Source: a virus (lineage: Duplodnaviria; Caudoviricetes). From it: a stretch of DNA of 42,881 bases. Shown here in pieces: positions 1-9,203 of this stretch (positions within the stretch are counted from its first letter, which is position 1; every line of letters starts with the position of its first letter). A program made the position numbers and the translations under genes. The stretch covers positions 1 to 42,881 of the IMG/VR virus record IMGVR_UViG_3300027969_000172, one strand, 5' to 3'. The notes beneath the pieces were generated by a model, which worked only from the letters and a program-made list of their open reading frames with translations, did no database searches and was not told the DNA's origin.

Positions 1-280
1 AGATGGTAGTAGGAACCCAGATCGTGTAAACAACGCCTTCGTTGTTAGCTGTGCTTGGGTCTTGACCGGGGCCAGATGTTGTGGGGTTAGCTGATGTATT
101 GATTGCAGGCAAAGTCAAAGTGACTGCTGCTGCCAAAGAACCACCAACAGCAATGATGCGACCGCCGTGAGCTTCGGGGCTTAATGTTGTGCTTGTTGTG
201 ATATCAACTACAGCGGCTGGGCCTTGTTGATAAATGCCGCCCAATGAACGAACTGGGCCTTGAAACGTAGTACGTGCCAT
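1..280 (-). CDS. Virion structural / head decoration-like protein (runs off window edge; not in ORF track)
   Basis: ATG at 280 after AAGGA RBS; open frame MARTTFQGPVRSLGGIYQQGPAAVVDITTSTTLSPEAHGGRII... continues to position 1; Thr/Gly/Ala-rich; directly downstream of capsid gene. Confidence 0.8.
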   Translation of the reverse strand, partial: MARTTFQGPVRSLGGIYQQGPAAVVDITTSTTLSPEAHGGRIIAVGGSLAAAVTLTLPAINTSANPTTSGPGQDPSTANNEGVVYTIWVPTTI

Positions 281-285
281 GATGT

Positions 286-365
286 ATTCCTTACATACAA
301 GTTAAGTGCATCAGTCTGTATGTCGTCAGCCGGGACTGTCTAATGCACCGGATAAGCCCGGATTA
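286..365 (-). ncRNA. Structured RNA downstream of major capsid gene, probably the Mu-gpT-DE motif
   Basis: Minus strand: GUGCAUUAG...CUGAUGCAC stem; ACAUACA inside it is complementary to UGUAUGU next to the RBS (pseudoknot); CCGGG/CCCGG complementarity; context matches the described Mu-gpT downstream element (not verified by CM search). Confidence 0.6.
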
Positions 366-370
366 ATATG

Positions 371-399
371 TTTATACCACTTCAATAAATCTAATGCAA
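371..399 (-). promoter_or_regulatory. Sigma70-type promoter for the post-capsid transcript
   Basis: TTGCAT-17bp-TATAAA with TGn extended -10, immediately after the capsid terminator. Confidence 0.6.
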
Positions 400-400
400 C

Positions 401-428
401 AAAAAAGGGAGCCGAAGCCCCCTTTTTC
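401..428 (-). terminator. Rho-independent terminator after major capsid gene
   Basis: GGGGGC-TTCG-GCTCCC followed by T6 on minus strand. Confidence 0.9.
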
Positions 429-439
429 TTTGCCGTTGA

Positions 440-1348
440 TTAAGCACCAGCAGAGCCGAACATACCCAATGGATCTGACCAGCCAAAAGAATAACGCTCG
501 CGAGACTTGTAACGAACGTTACCTGTATCGAAATCGCCGTCCATGGAGTTAGCCAAGGGTGAACGAACAAAGTGCTTCATGCCGTTAGGAACGTCTGTGG
601 TCAAGAACCAAGCGTTGGTATCGGTCAAGAAGTGGTTAACGGTATAACCTTCAGAGATTGAACCGTTGTTCTTGATCGCGTTAATGTCGTTATCAGCTGT
701 ACCGACACGGAGTTCCGTTTCGAGCAAGCGGGTAGCAACGAATTGCAATGAAGAAGGAACAACCAATTTCTTGGGTTTAGCTGCGATCAACAAGCCACGC
801 TCGTCTGTCCACAAAGAGATTTGAATGACTGCAGACTCCAAAGAAGTCTCATTCAAGTCAGCTGGTGTGGTAGGGATGTTGCTGTTAGTGCCGCCAGTGA
901 TCAAAGGATGTGATGCACTGAATAATGCTACGCCGTCACCACCAAGGTAGCTAGAGCTAAAACCGTTGTTCAACACAGCGGCGGCTTTAACTTGTTTGGT
1001 GTAAGCCATAGCACGGGCCAAAGCCTTCGTGTAACGTGCAGACAGTGAGTCATACAAGTTATCTTCGATAGCCTCTTCAGTCAAGCTGAAGCCCAAAGCA
1101 ATGGTTTCGTGGTTGTATCGAGCAGTCCATGCTTCTTGTGCATTGTCATAAGCGATGGCAGAACCCTCGTTTTTGACTGGTGCGGCAGAGAAGCCAGAGA
1201 GTTTAGTCTCTTCTTCGAAGCTACGCTCTGATGTTTCAGTTTCGTAGATCTCTTTGTGCTCTTGATCGTAAGTTGCGTATTGCAGACCAAACAAAGCGTT
1301 CAGGCCGGGGAGCAACTCTTTAAGCAGTTGTGCGCGTGAAATAGCCAT
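440..1348 (-). CDS. Major capsid protein (Mu gpT-like family)
   Basis: 302 aa, MAISRAQLLKELLPGLNALFG..., DGVALFSASHP, WFLTTDVPNG, RERYSFGWSDP; position after scaffold; strong terminator. Confidence 0.92.
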   Translation of the reverse strand: MAISRAQLLKELLPGLNALFGLQYATYDQEHKEIYETETSERSFEEETKLSGFSAAPVKNEGSAIAYDNAQEAWTARYNHETIALGFSLTEEAIEDNLYDSLSARYTKALARAMAYTKQVKAAAVLNNGFSSSYLGGDGVALFSASHPLITGGTNSNIPTTPADLNETSLESAVIQISLWTDERGLLIAAKPKKLVVPSSLQFVATRLLETELRVGTADNDINAIKNNGSISEGYTVNHFLTDTNAWFLTTDVPNGMKHFVRSPLANSMDGDFDTGNVRYKSRERYSFGWSDPLGMFGSAGA

Positions 1349-1358
1349 TTTTTACTCC

Positions 1359-1973
1359 TTAGATACCAGTGGTATCAGTATATTGGTGCAAGTTGAACTT
1401 GACCAAAAATTCGTAGTAAGTCGTGGCGGTTGCAGTGGCAGGGCCAGTTGCAGTATCGGGCACAACGTCAACCACACGGACGGGAAGCGTAGCTGTAGTA
1501 CCGGCGGATGCTCCGTCAATACCATAGTAAGAATCACCAGTGATAGTGCTACCAGTGTTGACAGACAAAGCAACGTTGGCACCAACTAATGCGCGGCTGT
1601 AAGCTGTAGGCACTGTTGTTTGACCGCTGCTGGCCACAACTTTGAATAGCGCGTTGGGATCATCCACAACATAACCAAAAGCCAAAGCTGTGGATGTTGA
1701 TGTAGCTGCGGGATAGAACTGACCCTGAACAGGCTGACCTGAAGAGTTAGTGTACGCGCAACCAACCAACACGCCAACGCTGTCGCCAGAGTTAGAGGTG
1801 GTGTTAGCTACCAAGTAACCGTTTGTGTCAATTTTGACGGTATCACCGTTCAAGATTGCGGTTGCATAAGCAGCTGCGATTGGGATTTGACGGATCGCTC
1901 CGGCGTAAGGCAAGCCATCCAATCGGTTGATTGGCTTCAGGCCATACGTCTGGGTAACGCTAGGGTATGCCAT
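1359..1973 (-). CDS. Capsid-associated (decoration/cement-like) protein
   Basis: 204 aa, T/A/G/V-rich, YGLKPI N-terminal motif, between scaffold region and MCP, AGGAG RBS. Confidence 0.65.
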   Translation of the reverse strand: MAYPSVTQTYGLKPINRLDGLPYAGAIRQIPIAAAYATAILNGDTVKIDTNGYLVANTTSNSGDSVGVLVGCAYTNSSGQPVQGQFYPAATSTSTALAFGYVVDDPNALFKVVASSGQTTVPTAYSRALVGANVALSVNTGSTITGDSYYGIDGASAGTTATLPVRVVDVVPDTATGPATATATTYYEFLVKFNLHQYTDTTGI

Positions 1974-1990
1974 TTAAGACTCCTAAAAAT

Positions 1991-2440
1991 TTAAGTACCT
2001 TTGCCAAAGCTAGACGAGGACTTGTTCTCCCTAAAGAGAGGCATTCTCGGATCGCTCTGACGCATAAGACTGTTATCTACAGCATCCGTCTGAGCTTGTG
2101 TTTGTCTAGCAAAATGGGCATTTCGCTGTTCCACAAATTCTTTCGGCGTCTTGCAAAGTAACAGCCCGCCAATTTCAACATTGTCTTTGTATCGACTAGC
2201 TGGATCGGCTAACAGTCTAAATTTTGGTTGCTCTTCTAAAGTAACTGGCTCCCAGCCTTCACGCAGTTTGCTTGAAAGGTTACGAGGGTCAGCTGTATTC
2301 AAATTAGCAACACGAATCCAACGATAAGAGTAGTCCGGGTGCTTGTCGGGTTCAGGTAGAAGTTCGGCCTGCTGCCACTGTTTAGGACGTTCAGCCATCA
2401 ATCTATCTTCAAGTTCACGCGGTTTTCTGTTTTCAGCCAT
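1991..2440 (-). CDS. Phage head-module protein, function unknown
   Basis: 149 aa, YRWIR...EGWEPV...GGLLLCK; GGAGG RBS; co-oriented in head operon. Confidence 0.75.
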   Translation of the reverse strand: MAENRKPRELEDRLMAERPKQWQQAELLPEPDKHPDYSYRWIRVANLNTADPRNLSSKLREGWEPVTLEEQPKFRLLADPASRYKDNVEIGGLLLCKTPKEFVEQRNAHFARQTQAQTDAVDNSLMRQSDPRMPLFRENKSSSSFGKGT

Positions 2441-2442
2441 TT

Positions 2443-3375
2443 TCAGGCCTCCATTTCAAGTTTCGCCTTGGCATATTGCTCGGGCGTTAAATTTAGTTTT
2501 TTGGCCAAGTTCAGTTCAGATGGATTCAAACGAACCCTCTTAGGTGACGTTGTCCTTGTAGCCGGTGCTACCACCGAGCTTTTACGCACTGGGCGTGTTT
2601 CTTGTTCCGCTTCTTCCTCGAATTTCTCCGGGAACCGCTTGCGGATAGTAGCGTCAATCCTACGATAGTACTCTTGTGATGAAACCGCAACACCTTCTCT
2701 CTTTAACCTCTCATGGAGGCCAAGAGCTAAACTTGTCATTTCTTCATCTTCTCCAAACCAAGGGTTTTCCTGTTGCCAGACTTGCGCGCTGGGGTCAGGA
2801 CGAACCTGTTGGATCGGTTGTGGTTGCATTTGTACAGGAGTTTCTTCCTCTTGTAAAGGCTGTGGCCTAAAGTTTTTAACTTTTTCCACTTTCAAGGTTG
2901 CTTGGGTAAGACGCTCTTGCGCTTCCATGACCTTATCAGTATCGCCAGAATCATAAGCTTCGCGGTATGCCCGCTTGGCTTCGGTCATCTCCATTTCAAC
3001 AGCCTTCTGAACCGTGGCAAGCACGTTCTTCTCACTGTTATTAAGGTTTGACTTCAGGCGTTTATTCTCTTCCATTACCCGTTGGGCAAATGAAATAGCT
3101 TCTTGCTGTTCACGCAAGGCGTTTTCTTTCTCACGGCGTTCATCGTGAGCCAGCTTCTTCATCTGAATTAGCTTCTTTTTAACTTTGGTAGAGTAGTCTT
3201 CAAGCTCATCGTTGTACAGCTCTTCTTTGACTTTCTCTGGCAGAGGAGGCTTATTACGGTCTTCCTCTGGTGTGTTGTCTTCTACGTCAATAATGATCTG
3301 GTCATCTTCTTGATCGTCTGCTACGGTGACTTTTACGTCATCCTTTTCATCGGGGAATTTATATGTTTCAGCCAT
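2443..3375 (-). CDS. Putative scaffolding protein
   Basis: 310 aa acidic coiled-coil with C-terminal AKKLNLTPEQYAK; lies between portal and MCP. Confidence 0.7.
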   Translation of the reverse strand: MAETYKFPDEKDDVKVTVADDQEDDQIIIDVEDNTPEEDRNKPPLPEKVKEELYNDELEDYSTKVKKKLIQMKKLAHDERREKENALREQQEAISFAQRVMEENKRLKSNLNNSEKNVLATVQKAVEMEMTEAKRAYREAYDSGDTDKVMEAQERLTQATLKVEKVKNFRPQPLQEEETPVQMQPQPIQQVRPDPSAQVWQQENPWFGEDEEMTSLALGLHERLKREGVAVSSQEYYRRIDATIRKRFPEKFEEEAEQETRPVRKSSVVAPATRTTSPKRVRLNPSELNLAKKLNLTPEQYAKAKLEMEA

Positions 3376-3383
3376 GTTGTTCC

Positions 3384-3806
3384 TTATTTACGGCGAATAC
3401 CGCGAGGATCATCTACTACTCCCTCAACAGAATCGTCATTGATCACACGGAATTCTTTGCCGTGAATGACCAGTCGCGTTCCTGAATTGGGTCTAATCAA
3501 GATAAAGTCACCCTTCTTGCAGTACGGGCCCGATGGGAATCGGCTCTCGTCCTTGTAGCAATCTGGGCCCATGTCTACTACGAACAACACAGTAGTCAGG
3601 GTTTCCTCAACCATGATCGTTTCTTCCGCTTTAATGAGTCCGGACTCTCCATATTCCTTTTCTATCTCTGGGATAGCACAAAGGATTCTGTAACCAGATG
3701 GGCGAGGTAGCTGTTTGGCTTTCTCCTCTGGTTTAGTGTTCAAGATCTTGGATAAATCCACGGCCTTGGTAATGTCGAGATTTGAAATCTCACTCGTCAT
3801 CGTCAT
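3384..3806 (-). CDS. groES: GroES/Cpn10-like co-chaperonin
   Basis: P-GYRIL, mobile-loop-like ESGLI, VVDMGPD, KGDFIL, G-EFRVINDDSVEGVV match the Cpn10 pattern. Confidence 0.85.
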   Translation of the reverse strand: MTMTSEISNLDITKAVDLSKILNTKPEEKAKQLPRPSGYRILCAIPEIEKEYGESGLIKAEETIMVEETLTTVLFVVDMGPDCYKDESRFPSGPYCKKGDFILIRPNSGTRLVIHGKEFRVINDDSVEGVVDDPRGIRRK

Positions 3807-3990
3807 CGTTTGTTACTCTTTCCTGTAGGTCTATGATGTATAAACGTGCAGTAAGTAGACCTTTCACCTCTCCGCACATCTTCTTGTACTCCGCATAATC
3901 ATCAGCCTTGCCATCGGCTATTGACATTTGGAGTTGGGATACTTTGTCATCTATCTTTGACGATAGAAGTTTTAAATACTTGTCGATCAT
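3790..3990 (-). CDS. Small phage hypothetical protein
   Basis: 66 aa, DY-EYK-MCG-V-GL motif; overlaps portal stop and groES start. Confidence 0.75.
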   Translation of the reverse strand: MIDKYLKLLSSKIDDKVSQLQMSIADGKADDYAEYKKMCGEVKGLLTARLYIIDLQERVTNDDDDE

Positions 3991-6413
3991 CTTTTGTTCC
4001 TCATCATTTCAGCCATCAGTTTGTTCTTCTCTGATTGGGCGTCTTGAGCCAATTCCATCTGATCTTTCTGTATCGTAGCTTGCAGGCGCGCCATATCAAT
4101 TTCCTTTTGGGTCATGATCCGCTCGCGTTCAATCTGCTGTTGTGATTGTTTTAGCTGGGCATCAGTCGCATCTTTCTGAGCCTTACGCTGTGCCTCTTGC
4201 CCCTTAATCTGCAACTCTTGTTGTTGCATTTGAATAAGAGGATCTTGTGCCAACTGCTGAGCCTGTTCTTGCTGAGCCTGTGCTTGGTTGGCCTGTAACA
4301 ATTGAACACTTGCCTGTGCAACTAATTGAGACAACTGAACTTCTACATCATCAGGCAACTGCTTGTTAGGCGCTGGAAGTGGCACTCCCATTTGCTTCTC
4401 AATCATTGTGCGGTAGTAGAAGCCCAAGTGCTCGGCAATGTGAGCCTGCAATGCAGCCATGATCTGGTTGGCCTGTGGGCTTTGGCCTATCGTCTTCATT
4501 ATCACGGGGTCTTGCATGAACGTCTGGTGCACAGCAATGTGAGCCTGTTGGTCTTGAGTGATAAATGCTTTCAATGGTTCTCCCTTCAATACAGCCATGT
4601 TCTCGCTGATAGGATCTTTTGGCATCTCATCATCAGGCAAAGGCACCAATTTATCAGCGTTCTTAACTCCCAGTACATCCAGCATCTGTCTATGTAACTG
4701 AGGTAAGTTGTAAATCTGTGGCGCTTGCTGTGCCAGCTGGATTACCGCTTGATACTGAACAATCTTCTGCGCCATCGTGGCCGCATTGGGATCGCTCACA
4801 GGAATCACATCAACTAAATCGTAATCTGACTGCTTAGCCTTGCGGGACCCCTCTTCGGGCTCATAAGAGTATTCAGGAGGTGTGTACTCGCGAATGATGT
4901 CTCTCAAAAGTGCCAGCTCTTGCTTAAACGAATAGTGGATGCGCGCTTGAACAGCTGTCATCACTTTAAGCGATCTCTCAAGGATGGCCAGTGTCGTTCC
5001 AACTGGTGAGTTGGCAGACATATCAGCCACTTGAATGTCAGCTGCAGACGCAAACTTACGGCCTTCTTCAACAATCTTGTCTAATAAAGATGCCAATACT
5101 TGTGATGGCTCTTTGTATGGCAAAGCCATGATGTTATCGGCAATTGTCCCGCTAGGTACGTCTACATCGCGCCACTCAGCTGGGCCGATTGGTGTGTCAT
5201 CTCCCTTAACCCGCAGGCCGCGAGTCTTAAATCCACCGGGAAGGTTGGCCAGAGTCCCTGCGTCCACCAGCTGGCGCAGAATTGACGTACCAGACTTGGC
5301 AAACGCTCCAACTAAATGAATCAAACCAAAACAATAGAAGCCAAAGCCGGGCACATAACCATAGTGAACGTAGTGCTGGCGCTTGGTGTGTAATTTATCG
5401 CCTTGCTTCCAATTCCTACGGATGGCCAGACACTTCATGCTTCCATGTTCAATGGTCACAATATAAGGCAGGCCGATTCCCGTAGGTTCGCCGTCTTTAT
5501 CGGTGTGTTCGTAACCTGGGATGTCCAGATCTACGTTAATCTCAAGAAGTTTATAGCGGTCATCCGACAAAGCGCGGAATCCCATCTTCTCGGCGATCTT
5601 TTTCTCTACTTCATCCAACATATTGTTGGGTTCACCCAAGTCAATGTCAGCATAGAAGCCCGCAACCTGTAGTTTTCTCAGCTCATTCTCAGTCTTACGC
5701 ATAACGTGCGTAACACGGGGGGATGTCTGGATATTAGACGCTCCATAAGGCACAACCAAATCTTCAGCTGGCACAAATATAGACGTCTGGCGGTCAAAGT
5801 TGGGGTCAAAGTACACCTTCTTAAAAGCATTACCCGACAATCCCAATCCCCAGACCATCCTCTCATGCTCTGGACGGAACTCTGTCATCACATCAGTCAA
5901 CTGATAGTTCATATCGTCTTGAACACGGACGGCAGCGTCTTTTTTCTCAGGGGTTTCTTTGCCGATAATCTGGGTTTTCACCGGTCCCGCAGCCGGGAAC
6001 GTGCTCATCATGATCTCGGCTTGGAATTTCACCAAAGCTTCTGACAATAACGGGTGGTAAACCCCGCAAGCACCAATCCAAGGGTCAGCTCTCTCTTCAA
6101 TCTTCATCCCCAAGAGCTCTAAACCGTCTACATACGTCTGCATCCAGTCTTTTCTTGAGTTGACATCATCGTCATAGTCACCAACTAGGTCAGTCACTAT
6201 CCCAGCCACTACTGAATCATCAAGAATTTCAACTAAGTTAGCGTCAAAATCGTCCTCATCTTCGCCGCCAATCTGAATTTCCACACCATCCATGTTAATT
6301 GTCACCTCTTCAGGGTCAACAATCTCGATCTCAATACCTTGATCGTCTTCTGTCTCAGGCATTAGGGACTCAATACCCTCTGGTGCGGCGTAAAGTGATT
6401 TTTCAATGGACAT
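3987..6413 (-). CDS. Portal protein
   Basis: 808 aa directly downstream of TerL; GNAFKKVYFD, GFGFYCFGLIH; long Gln-rich helical C-terminus as in P22-like portals. Confidence 0.85.
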   Translation of the reverse strand: MSIEKSLYAAPEGIESLMPETEDDQGIEIEIVDPEEVTINMDGVEIQIGGEDEDDFDANLVEILDDSVVAGIVTDLVGDYDDDVNSRKDWMQTYVDGLELLGMKIEERADPWIGACGVYHPLLSEALVKFQAEIMMSTFPAAGPVKTQIIGKETPEKKDAAVRVQDDMNYQLTDVMTEFRPEHERMVWGLGLSGNAFKKVYFDPNFDRQTSIFVPAEDLVVPYGASNIQTSPRVTHVMRKTENELRKLQVAGFYADIDLGEPNNMLDEVEKKIAEKMGFRALSDDRYKLLEINVDLDIPGYEHTDKDGEPTGIGLPYIVTIEHGSMKCLAIRRNWKQGDKLHTKRQHYVHYGYVPGFGFYCFGLIHLVGAFAKSGTSILRQLVDAGTLANLPGGFKTRGLRVKGDDTPIGPAEWRDVDVPSGTIADNIMALPYKEPSQVLASLLDKIVEEGRKFASAADIQVADMSANSPVGTTLAILERSLKVMTAVQARIHYSFKQELALLRDIIREYTPPEYSYEPEEGSRKAKQSDYDLVDVIPVSDPNAATMAQKIVQYQAVIQLAQQAPQIYNLPQLHRQMLDVLGVKNADKLVPLPDDEMPKDPISENMAVLKGEPLKAFITQDQQAHIAVHQTFMQDPVIMKTIGQSPQANQIMAALQAHIAEHLGFYYRTMIEKQMGVPLPAPNKQLPDDVEVQLSQLVAQASVQLLQANQAQAQQEQAQQLAQDPLIQMQQQELQIKGQEAQRKAQKDATDAQLKQSQQQIERERIMTQKEIDMARLQATIQKDQMELAQDAQSEKNKLMAEMMRNKR

Positions 6414-6421
6414 ATTTATCC

Positions 6422-8005
6422 TTAGTAGTAAGAAACCTTGCGTCTAAACGAGCGAACTTCGTCCTCTTCGTCAGTCTGCAAGCGTATAAACCCGCCTTTT
6501 CTGAACCTTATCAGAGCTTGCGTGGATGAGTCAACCAAGTCATCATGGTCAGAGTTGGGAAATGCCGCCATCTCTTCCATTAACTCATCAGCCCAGCGCG
6601 TAGCTGGCGCCCAAACCTTACCACTGGCAAACAAATCAGATACAGAATTGATCCTCACCATCTTATCATTACCCCTAGATGGCGTAAACTCCTGAACAGG
6701 TATCCCCATCGCCCGTAATTCATAAATCAACGGCGCTCCAGAAGCCTTGGCCTCAACAATAAAAGCATCAGGCTCCCACTCCTTATAGTGGTTAAACGCC
6801 TTCTCCTTTAACTCAGGAAACTCCATCCTCTTCTTAAACGCATCTAACAAAATAATATTTGCGTCATTCTGGTTCTCGTTCAAATAGAACACCCCCCAAG
6901 TCGTACACGCCGAGTAATCTGACCGCTCGTTTTTCGTAAACGCCGTATCCCAAGACTGGATCACAAACTCACACTTAGGTGGGTCTTCGTCTTTCCACTC
7001 TTTCCACCACTCTCTCTTAACAATCGCGCCCTGCTCACTTGTAGGGCTCTGTTGATACTGGGCGTTCCACTTAGATGCTGGAAGTTCAGACTGCAAGGCT
7101 TCAAGTTCTTCAAGACTCCAAAACTCTGGCCATAAGGGTTTGCCACTAGGTAATATCGCTGGAAAGTCAATGACCTCCCAATCATCGTTCCCGTCCTTCT
7201 CTATAGAGGACTGCAAGATCCTGCCCGTCAAATCCCTCTTAGCCCAGCGCGTCATCACGACAATGATCGCTCCACCAGGCTGGAGTCGTTGGCGCGGGCC
7301 AGAGGTGTACCACTCATAAACTTTATCAAAGACAGAAGCATCACTAGACGCAAGGGCGGCTTCTTGCTCAGAGTGGGGATCATCAATAATCAATAGATCA
7401 GCACCCTTACCCGTCACCGTTCCACCAACACCAATCGCAAAGTATTCACCATTCTTATTCGTAGACCACCGCCCAGCCGCCTTACTGTCTGACCTCAAAT
7501 TAACATTAGGGAATATCCTAGAGAACGGCTCACTCGCCACTAAGTTCCTAACCTTACGTCCAAAACCAACCGCCAGCTCCGCCGTATTTGAGCACTGGAT
7601 AATCTTCTTACTAGGGTCCCGTCCCAAAAACCACGCCGGTAACATATAAGAAGCAAACTCAGACTTCGTATGCCGTGGAGGCATATTGATAATCAACCTC
7701 TTAATCTTCCCAGTCGCAATCTCTTCAAACTTTCTAGCCATTACCTTATGGTGCCGCCCGTCAATGAACCCCGGCCACATCGCATGGGCAAACTTATTGA
7801 AATCATCAAAGGCCTCCTCTCTCTGTTGGCTGGCTTCTAATGCGTCAAGGTCGTCAAGGTAAGAGGCTTGTTCGTTAGAAGGCATCTTAAAGAAAGTCTG
7901 TGCAGCTTCCTCGGCTTCTGTCTTCGGGAGATTTAAAGCAAACATCACCCTCCTGACAAACAAGTCAATCTCTTCTTGCTTCTCCAGTTGTTGCTTTTTG
8001 TTCAA
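6422..8005 (-). CDS. terL: Terminase large subunit
   Basis: INMPPRHTKSE (Walker A variant), LLIIDDP (Walker B), VVMTRW, QSWDTA, FPNSDHDDLVDS nuclease motifs. Confidence 0.95.
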   Translation of the reverse strand: MNKKQQLEKQEEIDLFVRRVMFALNLPKTEAEEAAQTFFKMPSNEQASYLDDLDALEASQQREEAFDDFNKFAHAMWPGFIDGRHHKVMARKFEEIATGKIKRLIINMPPRHTKSEFASYMLPAWFLGRDPSKKIIQCSNTAELAVGFGRKVRNLVASEPFSRIFPNVNLRSDSKAAGRWSTNKNGEYFAIGVGGTVTGKGADLLIIDDPHSEQEAALASSDASVFDKVYEWYTSGPRQRLQPGGAIIVVMTRWAKRDLTGRILQSSIEKDGNDDWEVIDFPAILPSGKPLWPEFWSLEELEALQSELPASKWNAQYQQSPTSEQGAIVKREWWKEWKDEDPPKCEFVIQSWDTAFTKNERSDYSACTTWGVFYLNENQNDANIILLDAFKKRMEFPELKEKAFNHYKEWEPDAFIVEAKASGAPLIYELRAMGIPVQEFTPSRGNDKMVRINSVSDLFASGKVWAPATRWADELMEEMAAFPNSDHDDLVDSSTQALIRFRKGGFIRLQTDEEDEVRSFRRKVSYY

Positions 8006-8226
8006 GGCAAGTTCCTCAGTTTTAAATATGACGGCCTAACACTCCGAGCAGAATTCTTCGCCCGCCTGCATATCCCCAAGTCACACAGCTTCTTCACCAC
8101 CCGATGAACATTCCCCCGCCCCCTGTCCCCAGTATGAAACATGATGTCATCTATAGACGGCCCATACCCAAAGTTCCTCCAATACTCATCTATCACAAGG
8201 AACACAGTCCTCTGCTTCTCAGTCAT
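8002..8226 (-). CDS. LexA DNA-binding-domain-like winged HTH protein
   Basis: MTEKQRTVF..I..YW..FGYGPSIDDI...NVHRVVKKL..LG resembles LexA N-terminal domain; no peptidase domain; start reassigned to 8226 (inference). Confidence 0.7.
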   Translation of the reverse strand: MTEKQRTVFLVIDEYWRNFGYGPSIDDIMFHTGDRGRGNVHRVVKKLCDLGICRRAKNSARSVRPSYLKLRNLP

Positions 8227-8309
8227 ACACGCCCCTATACACGCATCTAGCGTATGTTTAATTGCTTCTTTATTCTTATGTATCATTGTAAGAAATCAGT
8301 AAGTTTGAT

Positions 8310-8324
8310 ATTAACAGTGTTAAT
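8310..8324. promoter_or_regulatory. Palindrome TTAACA-N-TGTTAA, copy 1
   Basis: ATTAACAGTGTTAAT. Confidence 0.7.
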
Positions 8325-8353
8325 TAGCTTTTGTAAGTTTCATGCAAGGTTTG

Positions 8354-8370
8354 AATTAACACTGTTAATT
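8354..8370. promoter_or_regulatory. Palindrome TTAACA-N-TGTTAA, copy 2
   Basis: AATTAACACTGTTAATT. Confidence 0.7.
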
Positions 8371-8409
8371 ACCCCCCACCCTTTTTTGTATAGAAACACA
8401 TAAGGGGGG

Positions 8410-9141
8410 TTATTCCTTATCAAAGTCGCTGACAACATCAGTAATTTCAGAAGGCCCCCCACCCTCTTTTTTTGTTGATGTTTGAATGAGTGAAACAGTA
8501 TGTGATAGGGCGCCCATGGCAGGCGGGCCTTCGTGCGGGGCCCCGGGTGGCGTGGGGTGCGCGCTGGCCGCCTCCGAAGTGCCATCACCCCGAATTTCTT
8601 CTAATAAATCTAGCGCGTCTGCAGCTGGGCCGGCGCTGGGTGCCCGGGCCTGCAGCCTATCGAGTAGCCGGGCCCTGATGTCTGAGCTCTTATGAATGAC
8701 AGTTGTTTCTTTGCGTTCTAAGAAGGCGCCCACTTCGAACAGCTGGCCAATCAGCTGCAAGGCTTTCATGCGCTGGGCCGGCGGGAAATCTTCGTCAATG
8801 GAGTGTTGCACCAGCTGTTGCACCAGCAAGGCCTTCAATTGTGCTGGTGTCCGATGTTTCTCCGCTTCAATCGCTAGCTTATACGCTTCGACCTCTCGCT
8901 GTATTCGCGTATCAGCGGCGAGCTTATACGGCGCCGTTACCATTGTGCTGGGTGCTGGCTTTGGGTTATGGCTGCGCCTATATGCTGCGGCTTTAGTCTC
9001 TCCCATGGCCAAGGCATGAGCGAAGGCTTTCATTTTGTGCGTGAGCTTTGGTGTTTTACCCTCTCCGCTTGATAGCAACGACTCTATCGGAACTTGATCA
9101 AGGCCGGCCTTTATCTGCGCGCGCGTGAGTTTCTGTGGCAT
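8410..9141 (-). CDS. terS: Terminase small subunit-like protein
   Basis: Likely start MPQKLTRAQ at 9141; HTH LTHKMKAFAHALAMGETKAAAYRRSH and RMKALQLIG motif typical of TerS; upstream of TerL. Confidence 0.7.
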   Translation of the reverse strand: MPQKLTRAQIKAGLDQVPIESLLSSGEGKTPKLTHKMKAFAHALAMGETKAAAYRRSHNPKPAPSTMVTAPYKLAADTRIQREVEAYKLAIEAEKHRTPAQLKALLVQQLVQHSIDEDFPPAQRMKALQLIGQLFEVGAFLERKETTVIHKSSDIRARLLDRLQARAPSAGPAADALDLLEEIRGDGTSEAASAHPTPPGAPHEGPPAMGALSHTVSLIQTSTKKEGGGPSEITDVVSDFDKE

Positions 9142-9174
9142 GGTGTTTTCAATGGGTATGAAATAAGAACCCCG

Positions 9175-9203
9175 AAGATAGCAGGCCCCGGCCAACAATG
9201 CAA
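9175..9203 (-). promoter_or_regulatory. Candidate promoter of packaging/head operon
   Basis: TTGCAT-17bp-TATCTT about 35 nt upstream of terS ATG. Confidence 0.45.

Noticed and set aside
300-345. CUGACGA in the post-capsid RNA as a hammerhead core
   Set aside because: No downstream GAAA or three-stem junction
8310-8370. TTAA boxes as CtrA sites or SOS boxes
   Set aside because: Spacing is TTAA-N5-TTAA rather than N7, and there is no CTGT-N8-ACAG
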